A DNA stretch of 64,000 bases from Clostridiales bacterium (GTDB taxonomy: Bacteria; Bacillota; Clostridia; Oscillospirales; CAG-382), in contig SFLA01000001.1 of NCBI GenBank assembly GCA_004553575.1, forward strand, positions 30,521-94,520, given 5' to 3'. The position numbers and the translations under genes are program-made. The notes beneath the pieces are model-generated. The model was not told the origin of the DNA, ran no database searches, and saw only the letters and a program-made list of their open reading frames with translations. Positions 1-8,931 of this stretch are shown here, one piece after another; positions within the stretch are counted from its first letter, which is position 1; every line of letters starts with the position of its first letter.

Positions 1-651
1 AAGCCGTTCCGCAGCGCAAGCGTAATCAAGCTGTTCATACTTTCTTACTGCATCGAATCCGGCGCGGACGAATCCGCGGTTCTTAAGGTAAACCCGCGCG
101 ACCGGGTCGGAAACAGCGTGCTTTCGGAGCTTAAATCGTCATCGGTTACGGTCGGCGACGCCATGACTTTTATGATCGCCTCATCGGACAACACCGCGAC
201 CAATCTGCTGATACGCGAATCCGGAATGGACGCAATTAACGCATATATAAAGTCAATCGGCTGCCGCGGCACCGTAATTTCCCGCAAGATGATGGATTTT
301 GCCGCGGCGGAGCGCGGAGAAGAGAATTACACCACGCTTTCCGACTGCTATACGGTAATGACCCGTCTTATGAAATCCGACAGGGCAAAAGAGATACTCT
401 CCGCCCAAAAAGACCGGGAGAGGCTTATGCGATATATATTCGGCGGTGTCGCCGGCTATACCAAAAGCGGCGACATACCCGGTGTCTTCAACGACGTCGG
501 AGTTATTGCCGCCGGCGGAAAAGAGGTCTTTGCCGGAGTGCTGACCGACGGATTTGACCGCGCGGCGGCAAAGCGGCTGTGCGGAAAGGTCGGACTTGCC
601 GCCTGCGGAGCGTGCTCCCCGGTAACCGGAAGGGAGGCGGAGCTCGGTTGA
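1..651 (+). CDS. class A beta-lactamase-family serine hydrolase (5' end outside window)
   Basis: Frame 1 is open from base 1. Translation carries S-x-x-K (SVIK, nt 19-30), SDN (ASSDNTA), an omega-loop-like ERGEEN and K-S-G (TKSGD) in class A order. Stop at 649-651. Confidence 0.7.
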   Translation, partial: KPFRSASVIKLFILSYCIESGADESAVLKVNPRDRVGNSVLSELKSSSVTVGDAMTFMIASSDNTATNLLIRESGMDAINAYIKSIGCRGTVISRKMMDFAAAERGEENYTTLSDCYTVMTRLMKSDRAKEILSAQKDRERLMRYIFGGVAGYTKSGDIPGVFNDVGVIAAGGKEVFAGVLTDGFDRAAAKRLCGKVGLAACGACSPVTGREAELG

Positions 652-662
652 ACGCACGGAGA

Positions 663-2423
663 ATGGCTGCGGCTTTTCGCAGCCACTGGCAGATAATCGC
701 GCTCTGCGCGGTTCTGCTGTTCGGAGTGGTAATACCGATGTGCAATGTCCAGACCATGCTCGGTCACGACGTATATTATCACATGACCCGCATGGAATCG
801 GTCGCACAGGAGCTGAAAAACGGCAACATTCCCACCCGGCTTTACTATTTCGTCTACGACGGCTACGGCTACGCTTCGCCGATGTTCTACGGCGATCTGT
901 TCCTTTATATACCGGCGGCGCTGATACTTATGGGAATGCCGATGCCGCTTGCCTACAAGGCGTTCATGATAATCTGCGTCTGCGCCTGCGCGCTTACCTC
1001 GTATTACTGCGGAAGAAAGATGTTCGGCAGCAGGACCGCCGCGCTCATCGTGTCAGTCTCGTACGCCTTTTCGTCGTATTTCGCGGTTGACACCTTTACC
1101 CGTGCCGCAAACGGAGAGATGCAGGCGTTCGTATTCGTACCGCTGGCGTTTCTCGGCCTGTACGGCATTATCGAGGAGGACGGCAAATACTGGTATTTTC
1201 TGCCTCTGGGGCTCGCCGCCGTTCTGGTATCACACCTGCTCACCGCGGCAATGCTGGTCTTCTTCCTGTTTGTTTACGCGCTGATAAGCCTGCCGAAGCT
1301 TATAAAAAAGCCGAAAGGCTTTATCCGCATAGCCGTATGCGCGGCAGTCTTCCTGCTCGTTGCGGCATGCTTCCTTATGCCTCTTGTCGAGCAGCTCGTA
1401 TCTGCCGAATTTCTTTCCACCGACGGAACCAGTGCAACCAAGTTCGGCACCATGGCGGAAAGGGCGCTCACTCCGATGCAGACGATATCGCTGCTTAATA
1501 TGAAAACCGACAACGACCCGTGGATTCCCAACGGTATCGGATACCTGCCGCTGGCACTTCTGCTGTTCCGGCTCGTAATGATAAACAAGATACGCTTCTG
1601 CCGGGGAGACGTCTTTCTGATACTGTCATTTTTCTGTTTGTTTGCCTCGTCGTCGCTGTTTCCCTGGGATCTGTTCCAGAGTCTGCTCGGAACACTGCAG
1701 TTCCCGTGGAGAATAATGCTGTTCGCAACCCTGTTCACCGCGCTGTCGGCGGGCGATTACTTCCGGCAGATACCCGCGGAATCCGCCGGCGCCTTTACCG
1801 CGGCGGTATGCGTGCTTTCGCTTTGCGCGTTCGGAAGCGTTTACGTGCCCAGAATGAGCACATATGCCGGATACGAGCAGAGCGGCTACGAAGTCGTATA
1901 CTATAAAGGGATAAATATCGGCGGAAATATCGGAGTCGGCGAATATCTGCCGTCCGGCACCGACCGCGGCAAAATGCTTAACCGCGGAAATGTTGTCACC
2001 TCCGACGGCACGGGGAATTACCGGGCGTATCAGGAGGACGGCGGCGATCTTTACGTCGCGGTCGAATACGGAGACGGTATGGGAACGTATCTCGATCTTC
2101 CGCTGATAATGTACAAAGGCTATTCAGCTTCGTTCATCACCGCCGCGGGCGCCGAGATACCGCTTGAAACGGACTATGGCGAGAACAACGTACTGCGGGT
2201 ATATCTCGGCAGCGTGACGGAGAGCGGCACCGTTTACGTCACCTATTCCGGCACCGCAGTCCAGCACGTCTCCGCGTGGATATCAGCGATAAGCTGTATC
2301 GCACTTGCAGCCGCCGGGATATATTTCAGCTGCAGGAAAGCAGCTCGGAAACGGTCACAAACCCGTACCCCTTCGCCAGAAGCGCCGGAATTATCTTCCG
2401 AAGCGCCTCGGGCGTATGACTGA
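663..2423 (+). CDS. polytopic membrane protein, GT-C-type glycosyltransferase-like (YfhO/ArnT-like)
   Basis: ATG 663 is the first start after the upstream stop at 651; ORF-track start 579 overlaps that gene. Many hydrophobic segments across the N-terminal ~430 aa, an early loop motif GHDVYYHMTRME, a soluble C-terminal domain and a final TM segment. Confidence 0.5.
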   Translation: MAAAFRSHWQIIALCAVLLFGVVIPMCNVQTMLGHDVYYHMTRMESVAQELKNGNIPTRLYYFVYDGYGYASPMFYGDLFLYIPAALILMGMPMPLAYKAFMIICVCACALTSYYCGRKMFGSRTAALIVSVSYAFSSYFAVDTFTRAANGEMQAFVFVPLAFLGLYGIIEEDGKYWYFLPLGLAAVLVSHLLTAAMLVFFLFVYALISLPKLIKKPKGFIRIAVCAAVFLLVAACFLMPLVEQLVSAEFLSTDGTSATKFGTMAERALTPMQTISLLNMKTDNDPWIPNGIGYLPLALLLFRLVMINKIRFCRGDVFLILSFFCLFASSSLFPWDLFQSLLGTLQFPWRIMLFATLFTALSAGDYFRQIPAESAGAFTAAVCVLSLCAFGSVYVPRMSTYAGYEQSGYEVVYYKGINIGGNIGVGEYLPSGTDRGKMLNRGNVVTSDGTGNYRAYQEDGGDLYVAVEYGDGMGTYLDLPLIMYKGYSASFITAAGAEIPLETDYGENNVLRVYLGSVTESGTVYVTYSGTAVQHVSAWISAISCIALAAAGIYFSCRKAARKRSQTRTPSPEAPELSSEAPRAYD

Positions 2424-3720
2424 CCGGCGACGCATAATCGTGCAGCAGCACGATGTCACCCCCCGATGCGTTCGATATCACGGTATTCGCAATCACTTCG
2501 CTTCCCGGGCAGGACCAATCGCGCGAATCGGTTCTCCATGACCATAAGACATAGTCATAACCGAGTTTTTCCGCAACTTCGGCGGCGCGGGCATATCTCC
2601 CGCCTCCCGGAGGGCGGAACAGCACCGGAACGTATCCGAAGCTGTTCCTGAGGTAGTCTTCGGTGCGGGTTATTTCGGCTGCAAGCTCCTCGTCGGTAAG
2701 CTCCGCTACCGCGGAGTGTGACCACGTGTGATTGCCCACCTCGTGCCCCTCGGCGATTATCCGCTCAACTATGCCCGGGTACGTCTCCGCGTTTTTACCG
2801 ATAACGAAAAAAGTCGCCTTTACTCCGTATTCGGCGAGTATATCGAGTATCTCCACGGTGTATTCGGGATGCGGCCCGTCGTCGAAGGTAAGCGCCACGC
2901 TGTTGCCGGCATCCGGATTTCCCTGAATGAACCCGGAGCTTTCGGCGTCGGTGCCGTACTGCGATTCGCACAGCTCGTCAAGCGTGCCGAACCCGTAGCC
3001 CGCTTCCTCTATTGCCGTAAGCAGTCTGTCCATTACGGCGGCGTTCGTCGCAGAGGTCGGATGGAGCAGCAGTACCATTCCGTCGTGGAGGTTTGACAGT
3101 ATCTTATCCAGCGCCCATTCCGGGTCCTTTTGGGCGGAAGCGTCCCAATCCGCGTATGCAAACGACCAGAACACCGGACTGTACCCCAGCTCCCTGCAGT
3201 ATTCGAGCGTTTTAAGCGAGAACGAACCCTCCGGCGGCCGGAAATACTTTTTCATCTCAACACCGGTTTTTTCGAGACAGTGCGTTTCGAGCCTTTCAAG
3301 CTCGCTCCGGAGCTGATCGGGGTTCATACCCGATACGTTTGAATGGCTCCAGGTGTGATTGCAGATAAAGTGCCCGTCCGCATCAAGCGCCTTTACGAAT
3401 TCCGCATCGGAATTGACTACCGCGGGCAGTATAAAGAATGCGGCCTTTGCCGAATGACCGCGCAGCGTTTCCGCTATTGAATATACGTTATCGTTAAGAT
3501 ATCCCGCGTCGAAGGTAAGGTATACCTTTTTGTCTCCTTCGGCGCCGAGATAAAGCGTGCCGTATTCGTCCACCCGGCTGTCGCCGCCGTAGCAGACGGG
3601 CTGAGAATGCCCCGCCGCCTTGAAGAACCAGCCGTTGCCGGCGGAAGCGGCGCACGGAAGCAGACAGATTGCGGCAGCCGCGGCGGCGAGCAGGCACAGA
3701 GCTTTTTTGATTTTTATCAC
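2326..3720 (-). CDS. secreted polysaccharide deacetylase with two NodB domains
   Basis: Signal peptide MIKIKKALCLLAAAAAAICLLPCAASA. Domain 1 has LTFDAGY...NHTWSHS (PdaA-like, second Asp replaced). Domain 2 has LTFDDGP...NHTWSHS (canonical). Confidence 0.85.
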   Translation of the reverse strand: MIKIKKALCLLAAAAAAICLLPCAASAGNGWFFKAAGHSQPVCYGGDSRVDEYGTLYLGAEGDKKVYLTFDAGYLNDNVYSIAETLRGHSAKAAFFILPAVVNSDAEFVKALDADGHFICNHTWSHSNVSGMNPDQLRSELERLETHCLEKTGVEMKKYFRPPEGSFSLKTLEYCRELGYSPVFWSFAYADWDASAQKDPEWALDKILSNLHDGMVLLLHPTSATNAAVMDRLLTAIEEAGYGFGTLDELCESQYGTDAESSGFIQGNPDAGNSVALTFDDGPHPEYTVEILDILAEYGVKATFFVIGKNAETYPGIVERIIAEGHEVGNHTWSHSAVAELTDEELAAEITRTEDYLRNSFGYVPVLFRPPGGGRYARAAEVAEKLGYDYVLWSWRTDSRDWSCPGSEVIANTVISNASGGDIVLLHDYASPVSHTPEALRKIIPALLAKGYGFVTVSELLSCS

Positions 3721-3798
3721 TATCGTCTCCTTTCGTTATTATTTTCGGCGTATGCCGGTCCAAATAACCTTAGCAATTTTTAGAAAGGCGTTTTTAAA

Positions 3799-4548
3799 AT
3801 GACGATTTGCGTCCCCGCCGCCGATCTGTTTGTCTCGCCCGATGCTTTTTCGGAGCACACCGACGAAGCGCTGTTCGGGACGGGCTGCGAAATTATCGAT
3901 GAATTCGGCGGTTTTTACAGAATTAAAACATATTACGGCTATACCGGCTGGACGGAAAAACGCTGTGTAAGCGAGGAGCTTCACCCGCCGACGGCGTGCG
4001 TTGTATCCCCGTTTTCGGACCTGCTGCCCCGCGCCGAGAACAAATACGCTCCGGTAATGACCCTGCCCCGCGGCAGCATGATCGATTACGGAGCGCCTCA
4101 CCCGGGAGAACGCTGGGGGGTTGCGGTAATGCCGGACAAGAAGGGGCTGTTCATACACACCGAAACGGTTGCGCCGATTCCCGGAAAGCGCGCGGACTTC
4201 CGCGACAGGATCGTTTCGGCGGCAAGGAGCTATCTCGGCGTCCAATACCGCTGGGGCGGAAAAACGCCTGCTGGAATCGACTGCTCCGGTCTGGCCTTCA
4301 TGGCGTATTTCTTCGCCGGGATAACAATATGGAGGGACGCCGACCCCGAAAGAAACGACTGTCTTACGGGCGTGCCCCTCTCCGCCGCCGGAAAGGGCGA
4401 CCTTCTATTCTACCCGGGGCATGTCGCGATATATCTCGGCGGCGACCGGTTTATTCATTCCTGCGGAGCGCACGGGGTGTGCGAAGGCAGCTTCGCCGAG
4501 AGCCCTTCAATGAAAAACGACATTATTTACATCGGGACGGCAAAATGA
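3799..4548 (+). CDS. NlpC/P60 (C40) peptidase with N-terminal SH3b-like domain, no signal peptide (YkfC-like)
   Basis: Catalytic Cys context GIDCSGLAFMAY and His context GHVAIYLGGDRFIHS. The N-terminal ~120 aa are SH3b-like. Confidence 0.8.
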   Translation: MTICVPAADLFVSPDAFSEHTDEALFGTGCEIIDEFGGFYRIKTYYGYTGWTEKRCVSEELHPPTACVVSPFSDLLPRAENKYAPVMTLPRGSMIDYGAPHPGERWGVAVMPDKKGLFIHTETVAPIPGKRADFRDRIVSAARSYLGVQYRWGGKTPAGIDCSGLAFMAYFFAGITIWRDADPERNDCLTGVPLSAAGKGDLLFYPGHVAIYLGGDRFIHSCGAHGVCEGSFAESPSMKNDIIYIGTAK

Positions 4549-5954
4549 CAGAAGAGATTTTCGTTTCGCCCGCGGAGTCGGCAAGGCAATACGGCTTTAC
4601 CGAAAAGGTCCGGGGCATAATAAAAGAAAAATACGGCGACCCAAAGGTGTTTGTTATCACCTACGGCTGCCAGCAGAACGAGGCGGATTCCGAACGGCTT
4701 CTCGGAATTGCGCTCGAATGCGGCTATTCGCGTGCGGAAAAAGCAGAGGACGCAGATCTGATAATAATAAACACCTGCGCAATACGCGAGCATGCGGAAA
4801 AAAAGGCGCTTTCGGGCGCGGGGAGCTTTAAGAAGCTGAAGGAAGCGCGCGGCGACCGAGTGCTTGCCGTATGCGGCTGTATGCCGCAGCAGGAATACCG
4901 CGCCGACCAGATAGACAAGAGCTATCCGTATGTCGACCTCGTATTCGGAACCGACCGCGGACACCTGCTCGCGGAAATGCTTTACGAGGTGCTTATATCG
5001 GGCAAGCGCCGCCGCTTCGTATCCGACCTCCCGCACGACCGGCTCGGCGTTATTGCCGAGGACGTGCCCGTCTGCCGCGAAAGCTCATACAAGGCGTGGG
5101 TGTCGGTAATGTACGGCTGCAATAACTTCTGCACCTACTGTATCGTGCCGTCGGTGCGCGGACGCGAGCGGAGCCGCGACCCGGAGCGGATTATCGATGA
5201 GGTTAAATCGCTTGTTTCCGGCGGCTGCCGCGATATAACCCTGCTCGGGCAGAACGTCAACAGCTATTCCGGCGGAATCGGCTTTCCCGAACTGCTGGAC
5301 AAGCTCGCACGGATAGACGGGGATTTCCGTTTGCGGTTCATGACCAGCCACCCGAAGGACGCGTCCGACCGCCTTACAGACGTAATGGCGGCGCATCCGA
5401 AAAAAATCGCCCGGCACTTCCATCTGCCCGCACAGTCGGGGAGCGACCGCATATTAAAGGCAATGAACCGCCGCTACACCCGCGAAAAATATATGGGTAT
5501 AGTAAAAAAGATACGCGAAAAGCTTCCGGATGCGGCAATAACCACCGATATTATCTGCGGCTTCCCCGGAGAGACCGATGCGGATTTCGAAGATACGGTA
5601 TCGCTGATACGGGAAGTCGGGTTCGATATGATCTACACCTTCGTGTATTCGCCGCGCCCCGGCACTGCGGCGGCGGAGATGCCGGATCAGATACCGCACG
5701 AGATAAAAGTAAGCAGGTTTTCACGGCTTGCGGACATACAGAACGGCATTTCCGCCGGAATAAACGAGCGCTGTGTCGGGAAGACCTTCCGGGTGCTTTC
5801 GGACGGCGACGGTACCGGCAGAAGCAGCCAGAACAAAATAATATCTTACGATAAAGTACTTCCCGCCGGCGTATTCGCCGACGTAAAGATAACCGAGGCT
5901 CAGGCATACGCGCTGAAGGGAACCATAATTCTGAAAGGACAGGAAAAAGCATGA
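4545..5954 (+). CDS. miaB: tRNA methylthiotransferase MiaB (radical SAM)
   Basis: ATG 4545 overlaps the upstream stop (ATGA). N-domain ITYGCQQNEADSE, radical-SAM CNNFCTYC, C-terminal TRAM-like segment. ORF-track start 3996 is a stop-free extension over the previous gene. Confidence 0.9.
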   Translation: MTEEIFVSPAESARQYGFTEKVRGIIKEKYGDPKVFVITYGCQQNEADSERLLGIALECGYSRAEKAEDADLIIINTCAIREHAEKKALSGAGSFKKLKEARGDRVLAVCGCMPQQEYRADQIDKSYPYVDLVFGTDRGHLLAEMLYEVLISGKRRRFVSDLPHDRLGVIAEDVPVCRESSYKAWVSVMYGCNNFCTYCIVPSVRGRERSRDPERIIDEVKSLVSGGCRDITLLGQNVNSYSGGIGFPELLDKLARIDGDFRLRFMTSHPKDASDRLTDVMAAHPKKIARHFHLPAQSGSDRILKAMNRRYTREKYMGIVKKIREKLPDAAITTDIICGFPGETDADFEDTVSLIREVGFDMIYTFVYSPRPGTAAAEMPDQIPHEIKVSRFSRLADIQNGISAGINERCVGKTFRVLSDGDGTGRSSQNKIISYDKVLPAGVFADVKITEAQAYALKGTIILKGQEKA

Positions 5955-6343
5955 ACGAGATTACAAGAAAGGCAATAGCCGCACTTGCCGACGCGATAGA
6001 AGCGGACGAGACCGTAGTAACCTACAAGCTCGCACGGGAGGCATACTCCCGCGACCCGGAGCTCGCAACCAAGGTCAACGAATACAGCGTACAGCGGATG
6101 GTATACGAGCAGGAGGCCTCCAAGGAGGAGAAAGACGAAAAGCTGCTCTCCGATATCGACGCCAGAATGAAGGTGCTTTACGAGGAAGTCATGAACAACC
6201 CCGTAATGCTCGCCCTGGCAAAAGCCGAAAACGAGCTTAACGAGCTGTTGAACGAGCTTAATTCCACGCTCCGCTCCCGTATAATGCCCGAGAGCGAGCA
6301 TGTCTGCGGAGGAGACTGCTCCGCCTGCGGCGGCTGCCACTGA
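5951..6343 (+). CDS. ymcA: YlbF/YmcA (RicA-like) family protein with C-terminal Cys cluster
   Basis: 130-aa helical protein lying between miaB and mutS, the position of ymcA in Bacillus (ymcB-ymcA-...-mutS-mutL). C-terminus is CGGDCSACGGCH. Start overlaps the miaB stop (ATGA). Confidence 0.6.
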   Translation: MNEITRKAIAALADAIEADETVVTYKLAREAYSRDPELATKVNEYSVQRMVYEQEASKEEKDEKLLSDIDARMKVLYEEVMNNPVMLALAKAENELNELLNELNSTLRSRIMPESEHVCGGDCSACGGCH

Positions 6344-6378
6344 GCCGCGGCGCAACGTAACCGAAAAGAGGGACAGCG

Positions 6379-8931
6379 ATGGCGCTTTCACCGATGATGA
6401 AGCAATACCTGCGCGTTAAGGAGGAAAATCCGGACTGTATTGTTATGTTCCGGCTGGGCGATTTCTACGAAATGTTCTTCGAGGACGCCGTAACCGCCTC
6501 CGGCGTGCTGGATATAGTGCTCACCGGTCGCGACTGCGGCGAGGAGGAGCGCGCTCCCATGTGCGGCGTGCCCTATCATGCCGCGGACAGCTATATCTAC
6601 CGCCTTATAAAGGCGGGCTACCGTGTCGCCGTCTGCGAGCAGATGGAGGATCCGAAGTCCGTAAAGGGGATAGTAAGGCGCGAGGTTGTGCGCGTTATTA
6701 CGCCCGGCACCGTCACCGACGGCGAATACCTGCCGAGGGAAAAAAACAATTATATAATGTCGGTCTGGAAGGAACCGGACCGCTGCGGAGCGGCGTTCGC
6801 CGATGTTTCGACCGGCGAAATACGCGCATGCGGATTCGAGGGCAGCGACTGCGCGGAGCAGCTTGTGTCCGAGACCGCAGCCTACCGCCCCGCCGAGGCG
6901 CTGCTGCCCGACGATTGCCCGGTGATACGAACCGCACTTTCCGAACGATACGGCACCATGCTGACCGACTGTGATCCCGCTCTGTTCGACGAGGAGCGGT
7001 CGTTTTCCGAGGCCTCCGCGGCGGCGGAATGCGACCCGTCTCTCAAGGGCACTCCCGCCATGCGTGCCGCAGGAGCGCTTATCGGTCATCTGCGCACCGC
7101 ACAGAAGCTCAACATGAGCTTCGTGCGAAAGATAGACTTCTATTCCCCGTCGCTGTATCTCCGGCTGGATTCGTTTTCCCGCCGGAATCTCGAGTTGACC
7201 GAATCCGCCAACACCCGCGAAAAGCGAGGATCGCTTTTGTGGGTTATCGACCGCACCTGCACCTCGATGGGAGCGCGCGCATTGCGCCGCCGTATCGAAA
7301 CGCCTTTGCTCGACTGCGAGCGTATAAACCGCCGTCTCGATTCTGTCGGGGAGCTTAAAAACGACCGCGCCGGACGCGATGCGCTCCGCCGCGAGCTGTC
7401 CGCGCTGGTGGATATGGGGCGTCTCGCTTCACGTATTGCCTACGGCACCGCCAACCCGCGCGACCTTAAAGCGCTCGAGGGCTCCATGAGACGCCTGCCC
7501 GCAATTAAGGAACTGCTTTCGCACTGTTCGTCCGCGCCCCTTGCCGATATTTTCGGCAGGTTGGACACGCTCGACGATCTGTGTGCTTCGATAAACAAAT
7601 ACATTGTCGACGACCCGCCCGTATCCATACGCGAGGGCGGGATTATAAAGCCGGGCGCCAACCGGGACGCCGACGAGCTCCGCGACACGGTTCAGGGCGG
7701 CAGGGAATGGATAGCGCGTATCGAAAAAACCGAGCGCGAACTTACCGGCATAAAAACACTCCGCGTGGGCTACAACCGCGTTTTCGGATATTACATAGAG
7801 GTAAGCAAGTCCTTTTCGGATTCGGTGCCCGACCGGTATATCAGAAGACAGACGCTCGCCGACCGCGAGCGGTTCGTGACCCCCGAGCTTAAGGATATGG
7901 AAACCAGGGTGATAAACGCCCGCGGAAGACTGTACGATCTCGAAGCGGAGCTGTTCCTCGGGCTGAGCGATCACCTTAAGCTCAATCTGTTCAGGATACG
8001 CCGCACCGCCGATGCCGTCGCCGAGGCGGACGTGTTCCAATCGCTCGCCGCGATTGCCGACGAAAGCGGCTACTGCCGCCCCGATGTTGACGACGGCGAC
8101 GTGATAGACATCAGCGCCGGACGTCACCCCGTGGTTGAAAAGCTGTGCGGAGACGGATACTTCGTACCAAACGACTGTCTGCTCGACTGCGGCGAAAACC
8201 GGCTGCACATAATAACGGGACCGAACATGGCGGGAAAATCCACCTTTATGCGGCAGGTCGCCGATATAGTTCTGCTCGCCCAGTGCGGGTCGTTCGTACC
8301 GGCGGACAGGGCGCATATCGGCGTGGTGGACCGTATATTCACCCGGGTCGGAGCGTCGGACGATCTTTCGGGCGGAACCTCGACATTCATGCTCGAAATG
8401 AAGGAAGTGGCTGCAATACTCTCGTCGGCAACCGAAAAAAGTCTAATAATATACGACGAGATAGGGCGCGGAACCTCGACCTACGACGGAATGGCGATTG
8501 CACGGGCGGTGCTCGAACATACTGCCGTAAAAATACGCGCAAAGACGCTGTTCGCCACACACTATCACGAGCTGACCGAGCTCGAGGGACAGATAGAGGG
8601 CGTGCTTAATTATAACGTCGCCGCAAAAAAGCGCGGCGAAGAAGTGATATTCCTGCGCAGGATAGTCCGCGGTCACGCCGATGACAGCTACGGTATAGAG
8701 GTCGCATCGCTCGCGGGTGTCCCGAAGGAAGTCGTAAGGAGAGCGGGCGAGATACTGCGATCGCTCACCGGGCAGCTTCCGCTCCCCCGCGCCGCGTCCG
8801 TACCCGAAGGAGCTGCCGACGCGGAAAAAACGGCAAGGCTGAAAAAACTGCTCGAATGCACCGACATTAACACCGTTACCCCGATAGAAGCCATGAGCAT
8901 ACTCAACGAATTGCTGAATCTGGTGAAATAA
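6379..8931 (+). CDS. mutS: DNA mismatch repair protein MutS
   Basis: 850 aa. N-terminal mismatch-binding region (MMKQYLRVKEENPDCIVMFRLGDFYEMFF), Walker A GPNMAGKST, typical C-terminal domain. Confidence 0.95.
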   Translation: MALSPMMKQYLRVKEENPDCIVMFRLGDFYEMFFEDAVTASGVLDIVLTGRDCGEEERAPMCGVPYHAADSYIYRLIKAGYRVAVCEQMEDPKSVKGIVRREVVRVITPGTVTDGEYLPREKNNYIMSVWKEPDRCGAAFADVSTGEIRACGFEGSDCAEQLVSETAAYRPAEALLPDDCPVIRTALSERYGTMLTDCDPALFDEERSFSEASAAAECDPSLKGTPAMRAAGALIGHLRTAQKLNMSFVRKIDFYSPSLYLRLDSFSRRNLELTESANTREKRGSLLWVIDRTCTSMGARALRRRIETPLLDCERINRRLDSVGELKNDRAGRDALRRELSALVDMGRLASRIAYGTANPRDLKALEGSMRRLPAIKELLSHCSSAPLADIFGRLDTLDDLCASINKYIVDDPPVSIREGGIIKPGANRDADELRDTVQGGREWIARIEKTERELTGIKTLRVGYNRVFGYYIEVSKSFSDSVPDRYIRRQTLADRERFVTPELKDMETRVINARGRLYDLEAELFLGLSDHLKLNLFRIRRTADAVAEADVFQSLAAIADESGYCRPDVDDGDVIDISAGRHPVVEKLCGDGYFVPNDCLLDCGENRLHIITGPNMAGKSTFMRQVADIVLLAQCGSFVPADRAHIGVVDRIFTRVGASDDLSGGTSTFMLEMKEVAAILSSATEKSLIIYDEIGRGTSTYDGMAIARAVLEHTAVKIRAKTLFATHYHELTELEGQIEGVLNYNVAAKKRGEEVIFLRRIVRGHADDSYGIEVASLAGVPKEVVRRAGEILRSLTGQLPLPRAASVPEGAADAEKTARLKKLLECTDINTVTPIEAMSILNELLNLVK

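Noticed and set aside
3996-4544. Very long N-terminal extensions in the ORF track: 3996 into miaB, 579 into the GT-C-like gene, 24052 into the CapD-like gene, 27083 into the lipoprotein, 50610 into tlyA, 31620 into atpI, 46451 into PadR and 57344 into the DUF4430 gene.
   Set aside because: - The extensions overlap the preceding, well-supported gene in another frame.
- They are Arg/Pro/Gly-rich and lack an RBS.
- In each case an internal start with an RBS or an ATGA/GTGA coupling gives the conserved family N-terminus.
- They are artefacts of stop-poor frames in GC-rich DNA.
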